DNA of 64,000 bases from a bacterium (GTDB taxonomy: Bacteria; Ratteibacteria; UBA8468; B48-G9; DTJG01). The translations under genes were made by a program, and so were the position numbers. The notes under the pieces were generated by a model, which did not search any database, had not been told where the DNA came from, and saw nothing but the letters and a program-made list of their open reading frames with translations. The stretch lies in the NCBI GenBank assembly GCA_021800535.1, contig JAJYYV010000002.1, forward strand, positions 25,620 to 89,619, read 5' to 3'. Shown here in pieces: positions 9,015 through 17,798 of this stretch. Positions within the stretch are counted from its first letter, which is position 1. Every line of letters starts with the position of its first letter.

Positions 9015-10918
9015 GGAATGGTGGATATATAAGACTGAATGATATCTCCTTCTTTTAAATCATTAAAATTTTCTATGGAAATACCGCATTCTGTATTTAT
9101 TCCCACTTCTTTTACATTATCTTTAAATCTCTTTAGATTGGAAATTTGGCCTTCAAAAATAATTTTTCCTTCACGAATTATTTTGGCCTTGGAATTTCTT
9201 ATAATTTTCCCTTCTACAACAAGGCATCCGGCAACAGCCTGATTCTTTCCAACTTTAAATATTTTTTTTATTGATGCCTGACCAGCAAGAGACAAAACTT
9301 CTACAGGTTTAACCTTTCCTTCCATCGTAGCCTTTATATCCTCAATAAGATCATATATAATTTTATATGTTTTTATCTCTATTCCATATTGTTTGGACAT
9401 CTTTTCAATATTATTGTCCACTGATATATTAAATCCAAAAATAATCGCATCACTTGAAACAGCAAGAAGAATATCAGATTCATTTGTGGTCCCCAGTCCA
9501 GAATGAACAATAACAAGTTTTGCTTTTATCTGGTTTTGTATCTGGGCAGAAAGTTTTTCAAGGGCTCCTATTATTGCTTCTTTAGAGCCGTTTGAGTCTG
9601 TTTTAAGTATTATTTTTACTTCATTAACCTGACCTTCAACAATCTGTTTCTGTAATTCTTCAAGTGTTAATTTTTTCCCGGATAAAGGGTTTAATGATTT
9701 TTCTGTTTTTAATGAATTGGCTTTTTCTTTTGCCTCAGATTCTGAAAGAACGACAAAAAATCTTTCTCCAGGCTGACATGGATGATGTGCTCCAAGGGCC
9801 TCCACTGGAATTGTTGCACAAACTTTATCTATCCTCTTTCCAAATTCATCAATCATCGCTCTAACCTTGCCATAACTATCACCAGATACAAAATAATCCC
9901 CTACATTAAGGGTGCCATTTTGAACAATAAGGTCAATAACAGATCCTTTCTGTTTATGCAGATATGATTCAAGAACTGTTCCTTCTGCGGGTCTATTGGG
10001 ATTTGTTTTCAGGTCCATCATCTCACCCATAATAAGAATTATCTCCAGAAGTTCTTTTATATTCTGTCCTGTAAGTCCGGATACATTAATAAAAACATTC
10101 TGTCCACCCCATTCTTCAGGAATAATCCCATATTCACTAAGCTGTTTTTTTACTATTTCAGGATTGACATTTGGTTTATCAATTTTATTTATTGCAACAA
10201 TAATAGGAACATTGGCAGCCTTGCAATGGTCAATAGCTTCAATGGTCTGCATTTTTACCCCATCATCAGCAGCAACAACCAAAACCACTATGTCCGTAAC
10301 ACTTGCTCCCCTTGCCCTCATAGCTGAAAAAGCCTCATGACCCGGGGTATCAATAAAAATAATGGAGCCGGAATCAACCTGCACCTTATAAGCTCCGATT
10401 TTCTGGGTTATCTGTCCATATTCTTTTTGGGCAATATTTGTTTTTCTTATTGTATCAAGTATGGTTGTCTTCCCATGGTCAACATGCCCCATGATTGTAA
10501 CAATAGGAGCTCTTCTTTGAAGGTCTGAAGAAGAATCTATATATTTACCAGAAGAATATGTTTCTTTTGTTTTTTGTATTGTATATGGAAATTCCAAGGA
10601 TTCACAAAGTATCTGGATATTATCTAATCCTACCTTTTCATTTATTCCAGCAGAAATATTCAGGTCTTTAAGAGATTTTATTATCTCAGAAGCGTGCAAA
10701 GCCATTTTTGAAGCAATGTCACCCACTGTTTCTGCTCCAGTAATAATAATTTTTTCTTTTGCTCTTTGAATTTTTTTTATGTTATTTTCAATATTTTGTA
10801 TTTCTTCCTGAGTTAATCCGCTAACAGAAGTTTTTCCTTTAATCCCAATCTGATTGCAAATGTCAATAAGATTTTTAGGACTAACATTTAGTTTTTTGGC
10901 TTCCTGATATATTCTCAT
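9011..10918 (-). CDS. infB: translation initiation factor IF-2 (short N-terminus)
   Basis: 635 aa. GTPase motifs GHVDHGKTT, DTPGHEAF and NKID. IF2-N domain at the N-terminus. Follows nusA with an ATGA overlap. Confidence 0.97.
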   Translation of the reverse strand: MRIYQEAKKLNVSPKNLIDICNQIGIKGKTSVSGLTQEEIQNIENNIKKIQRAKEKIIITGAETVGDIASKMALHASEIIKSLKDLNISAGINEKVGLDNIQILCESLEFPYTIQKTKETYSSGKYIDSSSDLQRRAPIVTIMGHVDHGKTTILDTIRKTNIAQKEYGQITQKIGAYKVQVDSGSIIFIDTPGHEAFSAMRARGASVTDIVVLVVAADDGVKMQTIEAIDHCKAANVPIIVAINKIDKPNVNPEIVKKQLSEYGIIPEEWGGQNVFINVSGLTGQNIKELLEIILIMGEMMDLKTNPNRPAEGTVLESYLHKQKGSVIDLIVQNGTLNVGDYFVSGDSYGKVRAMIDEFGKRIDKVCATIPVEALGAHHPCQPGERFFVVLSESEAKEKANSLKTEKSLNPLSGKKLTLEELQKQIVEGQVNEVKIILKTDSNGSKEAIIGALEKLSAQIQNQIKAKLVIVHSGLGTTNESDILLAVSSDAIIFGFNISVDNNIEKMSKQYGIEIKTYKIIYDLIEDIKATMEGKVKPVEVLSLAGQASIKKIFKVGKNQAVAGCLVVEGKIIRNSKAKIIREGKIIFEGQISNLKRFKDNVKEVGINTECGISIENFNDLKEGDIIQSYISTIP

Positions 10919-12060
10919 AATTCAGACTTATCCCCCCCACTATAATTTTTAGATTTTTCAACAATCTGCATTACTATATCTTCAGAAAGACCTGTTTTAT
11001 TTTTTATATCCTCAATACCTGCATCTAAAATTGATTTAATTGTTTCAAATCCGTTTTCAGTTAAAATTTTAGCGACTTCCTGGCTGATACCAATATTTAA
11101 AAATACAGATTTTTCCGGTTCTTCCAAACGGTTTATAATAATATTCCATCCTGTTAATTTACATGCAAGCCTGACATTCTGCCCTTTTTTGCCTATAGCA
11201 AGATAAATTTGTTTTTTTGATACCCAACAGGTTGCTTCATTTTTCTTTTCATTAAAAATTATTTTCTCACATTTTGCAGGAGAAATAGCATTGGCAGTAA
11301 ATTCTACAGGGTCTGGAGACCATTTAACAACCTCTATCTTTTCCCCACCAAGTTCTTTAACGATATTTTTAATTCTGCTTGCTTTTTCACCTATACATGT
11401 ACCAACAGGGTCTATATCAGAATTCTTTGAATAAACAGCTATTTTGGAAACATCTCCTGGAAATCTTGCTAAAGATTTTATTTCTATAATCCCTTCTTTT
11501 ATTTCCGGAATTTCCTCAGCCAATAATTTTTTTAGAAAACCTGCCACAGTGCGCGATAAAATAATAGGATAAAGCCCATGCGACGGTTTTTTGACTTCAA
11601 TAATATATACCTTTACAGGACTGCCCACATGAAAATGGTCATTAGGAAGCATATGCTTTTGAGGCAAAATCCCCATCGCTTTACCAATTGACACAATCGC
11701 ATTATCTTTTTCAAAAAACTCTATTCTTCCGGAAACAATTTCATTCTCAAGATTTTTAAATTCATAATATATAGCATTGTTTTCTGCCTCTTTTATCTTC
11801 TGTATAAAAATCTGTTTTACATTCTGGGCCGCTATTCTTTCCCATAGAAAAGAAGGAGGTGTAATTTTATTGCCATTCTCATCAAGGAAATAAAATTCCG
11901 CAGTTTCCGGATCTATTTTAACCTGAGTATTGGGGTCTAAGTGTTCTCTTTTTCTATATACAGACTGCAACCCCTTTTCTAAGGAGGAAATAAGAAACTT
12001 TCTATCCACCCCTTTTTCCTTTTCCCAGTAATCAAGTAAAACAAGTAAATCATTCTTCAT
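10915..12060 (-). CDS. nusA: transcription termination/antitermination factor NusA
   Basis: 381 aa with S1 and KH regions (GTCIGEKASRIKNIVKELGGEKIEVVKW). Canonical nusA-infB order. Confidence 0.95.
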   Translation of the reverse strand: MKNDLLVLLDYWEKEKGVDRKFLISSLEKGLQSVYRKREHLDPNTQVKIDPETAEFYFLDENGNKITPPSFLWERIAAQNVKQIFIQKIKEAENNAIYYEFKNLENEIVSGRIEFFEKDNAIVSIGKAMGILPQKHMLPNDHFHVGSPVKVYIIEVKKPSHGLYPIILSRTVAGFLKKLLAEEIPEIKEGIIEIKSLARFPGDVSKIAVYSKNSDIDPVGTCIGEKASRIKNIVKELGGEKIEVVKWSPDPVEFTANAISPAKCEKIIFNEKKNEATCWVSKKQIYLAIGKKGQNVRLACKLTGWNIIINRLEEPEKSVFLNIGISQEVAKILTENGFETIKSILDAGIEDIKNKTGLSEDIVMQIVEKSKNYSGGDKSEL

Positions 12061-12187
12061 AATTTTTATCTACTCCTTTGTGCCTTCTTATTATTACAAA
12101 CTTCATTGAATATTTATCTTTTTTATTATATATCAATTATTATAGCAATGTCAATTTACTGAAAACCCCAAAAAGATTTACGAAATT

Positions 12188-12216
12188 TTGACAATTTTGT
12201 TTACTTTGTTTAAAAT
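12188..12216 (+). promoter_or_regulatory. sigma-70-like promoter of the glycan-cluster regulator
   Basis: TTGACA (12188-12193), a 17-nt spacer, then TAAAAT (12211-12216), 16 nt upstream of the ATG at 12233. Lies in the 172-nt divergent region shared with nusA. Confidence 0.4.
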
Positions 12217-12232
12217 ATATTAAACAATAAAA

Positions 12233-12703
12233 ATGAAACAAATAAATAAAAAAATCCAGGAAGAAAAAATTATAAATACAATGATAGAAAATTTTGGGAA
12301 CATAGGAGAAAGTCTTGGACTTAATAGAACTGTGTGCCAGATATATGCCCTGCTATATTTTTCTTCAAATACCTTTACACTTACAGAAATAAGCAAAGCA
12401 CTTGGAATTAGCAAAGCCAATGCCAGCATAAATATAAGAAAACTTGAAGAATGGGATGCATTGAAAAAAGTGTGGAAAAAAGGATATACAAGAAGTCTTT
12501 ATAAGGCAAATGAAAATATTGAAGACATAATATTTAACAGAATAAAATTGGGGGCAGAAAAAAGACTAAAAAGCATCAAACAGGCAACTTCAGGTTTTAA
12601 ACAGTCTTCAAATTCCATAAAAATAAAAAAGCTCAAAGATTTTATAAAAAAAATCGAATTTATACTAAAAAATTTTGACTCTATAAAATCTTTTCTCAGA
12701 TAA
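12233..12703 (+). CDS. MarR/GbsR-type winged-helix transcriptional regulator
   Basis: 156 aa. HTH segment LTLTEISKALGISKANASINIRKLEEWDALKKV. First gene of the plus-strand array. Its stop is 1 nt before the wzm start. Confidence 0.6.
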   Translation: MKQINKKIQEEKIINTMIENFGNIGESLGLNRTVCQIYALLYFSSNTFTLTEISKALGISKANASINIRKLEEWDALKKVWKKGYTRSLYKANENIEDIIFNRIKLGAEKRLKSIKQATSGFKQSSNSIKIKKLKDFIKKIEFILKNFDSIKSFLR

Positions 12704-12704
12704 A

Positions 12705-13526
12705 ATGGAAAGAGTAACAATCATAAAACCATCAAAAAGCTGGCAGATTTTAAAAATCAACGAAATCAGAGAATATAAAGAGCTTCTTTATTTTTTAGTC
12801 TGGAGAAATCTCAAGGTCCGATATAAACAAACAGCCATTGGAGCTTTATGGGCAATCATCCAACCATTTTTAACAATGGTCGTATTTACCCTTTTCTTTG
12901 GTAAATTAGCCAAAATTCCTTCAGGTGGAATTCCATATCCTATATTCTATTTTTCTGCGTTAATTATCTGGACATATTTCGCCAATAGTTTAACATTTGC
13001 CACAAACAGTATAGTATCCTATCAGCATATAATAACAAAAATCTATTTCCCACGGATTTTTTTACCTCTTGCTTCAGTTATAGAACAACTTATTGATTTT
13101 TTTATTGCTTTTATCATTCTTATTGGCATGATGTTTTTTTATCATATTATTCCAACATCCCGTATATTTTTTATGCCATTATTTGTTTTTCTTGCAATTA
13201 TTGCTGCTTTTGGGGTGGGTTTATGGTTTTCTGCTTTAAATGTTCAATACAGGGATGTTAAGTATGCAATAAATTTTATACTGCAGATATGGCTTTTTGC
13301 ATCTCCTATAGCATATTCCTCCACTCTTGTTCCTGCAAAATGGAGAAATATTTATGGATTAAACCCAATGGTTGGAATTATAGAGGGATTTAAATGGACA
13401 ATTTTAGGAAAACCCGCTCCAGATATAAAAGAAATTTTAATATCAACTCTTATTGTTTTTGTAATTCTTATCACAGGACTTTTTTATTTTAAAAATATGG
13501 AAAGAACATTTGCTGATGTAGTATAA
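12705..13526 (+). CDS. wzm: ABC-2 type polysaccharide exporter permease (Wzm/TagG/KpsM-like)
   Basis: 273 aa. Conserved N-terminal RNLKVRYKQTAIGALWAIIQP followed by about six hydrophobic segments. Adjacent to the Wzt-type ATPase. Confidence 0.88.
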   Translation: MERVTIIKPSKSWQILKINEIREYKELLYFLVWRNLKVRYKQTAIGALWAIIQPFLTMVVFTLFFGKLAKIPSGGIPYPIFYFSALIIWTYFANSLTFATNSIVSYQHIITKIYFPRIFLPLASVIEQLIDFFIAFIILIGMMFFYHIIPTSRIFFMPLFVFLAIIAAFGVGLWFSALNVQYRDVKYAINFILQIWLFASPIAYSSTLVPAKWRNIYGLNPMVGIIEGFKWTILGKPAPDIKEILISTLIVFVILITGLFYFKNMERTFADVV

Positions 13527-13531
13527 AAAAT

Positions 13532-14290
13532 ATGTCTGATATAGCTATAAAAGTGGAAAATTTAGGAAAAAAATATCTTATAAAGCAGAGAATGCCTTAT
13601 AAGGCATTAAGGGATGAAATTGTCAAACTATTTAAATTTTCCTCTTATACCCATTCTTCAGATTATATCTGGGCACTAAAAAATTTATCCTTTGAAGTAA
13701 AAGAAGGAGAGGTAGTAGGTATTATTGGCAGAAATGGAGCAGGAAAAAGTACACTGTTAAAAATACTTTCCAGAATAACAGAACCAACAGAAGGTTATGC
13801 AGAAATTACAGGAAAAATAGGAAGCCTTCTTGAAGTAGGAACAGGCTTTCATCCGGAACTGACAGGAAGAGAAAATATTTACCTCAATGGTGCTTTATTA
13901 GGAATGAAAAAAAAAGAAATAGATAAAAAATTTGATGAGATAGTAGGCTTTGCTGAAATTGAAAAATTTCTTGATACTCCTGTAAAACATTATAGCTCCG
14001 GCATGTATATCAGATTAGGATTTTCAGTCGCAGCACATTTTGAACCGGAAATTCTGCTTGTGGATGAAGTCCTTGCTGTAGGGGACACTGCCTTTCAAAA
14101 AAAATGCATTGGTAAAATGGATGATGTGGCAAAACAGGGCAGAACAGTCTTATTTATCAGTCATAATATGAATGCAATAAAACAGCTTTGTTATAAAACA
14201 ATCTGGATAGAAAATGGCAAGGTTCTAAAATATCAGCAAACAGAACAGGTAATAAATGATTACTTAAAAGATACACTAAACCCAACTTAA
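13532..14290 (+). CDS. wzt: polysaccharide ABC exporter ATP-binding protein (Wzt/TagH-like, no C-terminal carbohydrate-binding domain)
   Basis: 252 aa. Walker A GRNGAGKST, signature YSSGMYIRLGF and Walker B LLVDEVLAVGD. The length leaves no room for a terminal-residue binding module. Confidence 0.9.
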   Translation: MSDIAIKVENLGKKYLIKQRMPYKALRDEIVKLFKFSSYTHSSDYIWALKNLSFEVKEGEVVGIIGRNGAGKSTLLKILSRITEPTEGYAEITGKIGSLLEVGTGFHPELTGRENIYLNGALLGMKKKEIDKKFDEIVGFAEIEKFLDTPVKHYSSGMYIRLGFSVAAHFEPEILLVDEVLAVGDTAFQKKCIGKMDDVAKQGRTVLFISHNMNAIKQLCYKTIWIENGKVLKYQQTEQVINDYLKDTLNPT

Positions 14291-14303
14291 AGAGAGGGAA
14301 ATA

Positions 14304-14909
14304 ATGGAAGGAAATAATAATGTATTCTGGGAAGAATTAATAATAACCTCTACAGAAAGAGCGAAACAAAAAAATCAAAAACCTTTTGTTGCATGGTTTA
14401 CAGGACTTAGTTGTTCAGGCAAATCAACACTTGCAAAAAACCTTGATAAAAAATTATATAGTATGGGATATCATACATATATTCTTGATGGGGATAATTT
14501 AAGACATGGACTAACAAAAGATTGTGATTTTTCTATTTCAGGCAGGCATGAAAATCTTAGACGAACAGGTGAAGTCGCTAAACTTATGATGGATGCAGGA
14601 CTCATAGTTTTATGTGCCTTTGTTTCCCCTTATATAAAGGACAGAGAAATGTTAACACAGATTATAGGTCCGGAAAATTTTGTTGAAGTTTATGTATCAG
14701 CTCCCATTGAGGTATGCGCCTCCAGGGATAAAAAAGGATTATACACAAAAGCATTTCAGGATAAAAATTTTCTATTAACAGGAGTTAATCACCCCTATGA
14801 AACCCCTGAAAATCCTGACATTATTGTTCAGACAGATAAATTGTCTATCAATGAAAGCATAGAAACCATATATCAATGGCTGATAAAAAACAAATTTCTA
14901 AAAACATGA
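14304..14909 (+). CDS. cysC: adenylyl-sulfate (APS) kinase
   Basis: 201 aa. P-loop FTGLSCSGKSTLA, then YILDGDNLRHGL and the FVSPY motif typical of CysC. Confidence 0.92.
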   Translation: MEGNNNVFWEELIITSTERAKQKNQKPFVAWFTGLSCSGKSTLAKNLDKKLYSMGYHTYILDGDNLRHGLTKDCDFSISGRHENLRRTGEVAKLMMDAGLIVLCAFVSPYIKDREMLTQIIGPENFVEVYVSAPIEVCASRDKKGLYTKAFQDKNFLLTGVNHPYETPENPDIIVQTDKLSINESIETIYQWLIKNKFLKT

Positions 14910-16333
14910 AAACCTGTATCTTTATTCTTGGCATGCACCGTAGCGGCACTTCTGCCTTAGCCGGAACATTAAACTGGCTTGGTGTTTCAATGGGCAAATC
15001 TATAGCAGGTGGAGACCGCCATAATATAAAAGGATACTGGGAAGATAAAAAAATAGAAACTTTCAATGACTATTCTCTTTTCACATTATTAAATCTATTA
15101 GATTTTGATTTTAGGCCTATGCCTAAAAAATGGGAATCTGACAAAAAAATTATTAGTCTCATCCCTGAAGCAAAAAAAATTATTCAAGAGGAATATTCCA
15201 GTTCAAATATTTTTGGTATTAAAGACCCTGCTATATGTCTATTATATCCTTTCTGGAAAAATATCATGGATGAACTTAAAATTTTTAGTAAGGTTATATT
15301 ACTTTTTCGTAATCCACTTGAAGTGGCAAATTCTCTTAAAAAAAGAGATGGTTTCACCTTTGAAAGAAGCCTGTTATTATGTGCCAAACTTTTACTATAT
15401 GGAGAATATTATACCCGAAACACTCCAAGAATATTTGTTAATTATGACAATGTATTAAATAATACACACCAAACAATTCAAAAAATCGAATCAGATTTAA
15501 ACATAAAATTGCCTGAAAAATTTTCAGATGTAAATGATAAAATCACCCGGTTTTTAGAAAAAGATTTAAAACATCATAATTTAGCATTTTCAGATTTAGC
15601 AAAAAAAATTGAATATTCTACTTTACCTTCATTTATATTTGATATTATGGAAGCGTATAATAATTTAACATTAGGGATTATTTTTGACAATGAAACAATC
15701 CGAAAAAATTTTGATGAATGGCGAAATCAATATGAAAATCTTTTAAATTCAAAGCAAATAGACAATTTATTAAATATACCTCCTTCATCTATCCAACTTT
15801 CTCTTGATATGGGAAAAAATTTCCCCGGAGAAAATATTATTACTAAATCCTCAGAAATCAAAACAATATTCCCTGAAAAATTTAAACCTGAAGAATTCTA
15901 TCCTCAGGAACTACATAAATTTATTTTTAATCTTTCAGATAAAAAGAATATAGAATCTATGAAGATTAATCTGTTAAACAATGCCATTGCTATCATTAAA
16001 GATATAAAACTTATTAAAAATAATAATGAGGAAATCCATTTAATTCCATTCATAAATAAAAATTATATATACAGTCACAGAAACAATTCATATTTTTTCA
16101 CTGACGCTTTAAATATTTATTTTTCTAATTTAACACCTGCTTTACTGAAAAATAGTAAACAACTATATATAGAAATAATCTATATCTATAAAGATGAGAT
16201 TGCTTCACAGATTATGATTGAACGGCTAATAAACTCGAAAATCTGGAAAGCAACAGAACCTTTAAGAAAACTAAAATGGCATTTGGTAAAATTATTAAAT
16301 AGATATTACAAGAAGTACGTAAAATATGGCTAA
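14906..16333 (+). CDS. PAPS-dependent sulfotransferase with a roughly 200-aa C-terminal extension of unknown function
   Basis: The 5'-PSB loop is FILGMHRSGTSALAG and the 3'-PB-like motif is LLFRNPLEVANSLKKR. The ORF track starts at 14876. The ATG at 14906 overlaps the cysC TGA (ATGA), so it is the preferred start. Confidence 0.8.
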   Translation: MKTCIFILGMHRSGTSALAGTLNWLGVSMGKSIAGGDRHNIKGYWEDKKIETFNDYSLFTLLNLLDFDFRPMPKKWESDKKIISLIPEAKKIIQEEYSSSNIFGIKDPAICLLYPFWKNIMDELKIFSKVILLFRNPLEVANSLKKRDGFTFERSLLLCAKLLLYGEYYTRNTPRIFVNYDNVLNNTHQTIQKIESDLNIKLPEKFSDVNDKITRFLEKDLKHHNLAFSDLAKKIEYSTLPSFIFDIMEAYNNLTLGIIFDNETIRKNFDEWRNQYENLLNSKQIDNLLNIPPSSIQLSLDMGKNFPGENIITKSSEIKTIFPEKFKPEEFYPQELHKFIFNLSDKKNIESMKINLLNNAIAIIKDIKLIKNNNEEIHLIPFINKNYIYSHRNNSYFFTDALNIYFSNLTPALLKNSKQLYIEIIYIYKDEIASQIMIERLINSKIWKATEPLRKLKWHLVKLLNRYYKKYVKYG

Positions 16334-17774
16334 AATTATACTTATAGATCCTTTTGGTTGGCAAGGAGCATCTAGTGGAAATAATGCTTTTCCTAATATT
16401 GGAATAGCATATCTTATTCCCGTCTTACATAAAACAGGACATAATATCAAAATTATAGATTTAAATAATGAATATAAATCTGATAATGAAATTTTAAAAA
16501 TTATTCATGATTATAATCCTAATATTATTGGATTTTCAGTAAAAACTTCTACGATGAAATATGTAAGAGATCTATCAAAAAAAATAAAAGAAAAAATGCC
16601 AAAAACTGTTATAATCTTAGGTGGGCCTCATGCGACTTTAACATGGTATAACCTTATACAGGAACCATTATTTGATATAATTTTTGTCGGTGAAGGAGAG
16701 GATACATTACCTATTCTCTGTAATAATATTATAGAAAATATCCCCATAAATGATTTACCTGGAGTTATTACTAAAGATACCTATAAGGATAAACTCAATT
16801 TAAATTATCCTTTTGTTTCCTTAGAAAATAACCTTAATATTCTTTCTTTTCCCGAATACGATCTTTTTCCGCAAAATGTAAAAGATTCTATTAAAAAAAG
16901 TTATCCTTTAGTAACCAGCCGGGGTTGTGTATATCAATGTATTTATTGTAGTGTTCCAAAGATAAGTGGAAAAAAATTCAGAAAACGCTCCTGCGAAAGT
17001 ATAATTGAAGAATTAAAATTTATAAAGGCGAAATATTCTATTAAAAAATTTGAAATTGTTGATGATATATTTAACTTTGATATAAACAGATGTAAGGAAA
17101 TATGTCTTGCTTTTATCAAAGAAAATTTAAATTTGAAATGGACATGTCCTAATGGCTTAAGAGCTGACCGGGTTGATAAAGAATTAGCGGAACTTATGTT
17201 TAAATCCGGTTGTTGCAGTGTTATGATTGGGATTGAAAATACAGATCCTAACATTCTTAAAACGATAAAAAAAGGAGAAACAATAGAAGATATAGAAAAA
17301 GGGGTTAAAATATTTAAAAAAGCAGGAATAAATGTTGGAGGATATTTTATTATAGGGTTACCTGGAGATTCTTTTCAATCTCAAAAAGAATCAATAAAAT
17401 TTGTAAAAAAAATGCGGATAAATGCATTTTTTAATATGTTAGTACCCTATCCAGAAACCGAACTATGGAACTGGGCAAAAACAAATACTCGTTTTCTTAA
17501 AAATATTGAAAATGGACTTCATTTTACAAATGATTTAACACAAAATATTTCTGTAATTGAAACTGATGATTTTTCTGCTTCAGAAAGACAAGAAGCTTAT
17601 AAAATGGTACATACCTGTCTTAAAAAATTTAATATGATTATCCCTAAAAATATTCCACGTTATCAATATTATTATAAAATAAGCCGGATGTTATGGAAAT
17701 ACGATAAAAAATCTTTTTTAATTTATTTTTTAAAATGTTTTTGTGATAAATTGAAAAAAATATATCACCAGTAG
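16326..17774 (+). CDS. B12-binding-domain radical SAM enzyme
   Basis: 482 aa. N-terminal cobalamin-binding-like domain (IIGFSVKTST...VIILGGPHATL) and the CxxxCxxC cluster motif TSRGCVYQCIYCSVPK. 8-nt overlap with the sulfotransferase gene. Confidence 0.85.
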   Translation: MAKIILIDPFGWQGASSGNNAFPNIGIAYLIPVLHKTGHNIKIIDLNNEYKSDNEILKIIHDYNPNIIGFSVKTSTMKYVRDLSKKIKEKMPKTVIILGGPHATLTWYNLIQEPLFDIIFVGEGEDTLPILCNNIIENIPINDLPGVITKDTYKDKLNLNYPFVSLENNLNILSFPEYDLFPQNVKDSIKKSYPLVTSRGCVYQCIYCSVPKISGKKFRKRSCESIIEELKFIKAKYSIKKFEIVDDIFNFDINRCKEICLAFIKENLNLKWTCPNGLRADRVDKELAELMFKSGCCSVMIGIENTDPNILKTIKKGETIEDIEKGVKIFKKAGINVGGYFIIGLPGDSFQSQKESIKFVKKMRINAFFNMLVPYPETELWNWAKTNTRFLKNIENGLHFTNDLTQNISVIETDDFSASERQEAYKMVHTCLKKFNMIIPKNIPRYQYYYKISRMLWKYDKKSFLIYFLKCFCDKLKKIYHQ

Positions 17775-17798
17775 TTAGTTAATCTTATATAATAAAAA

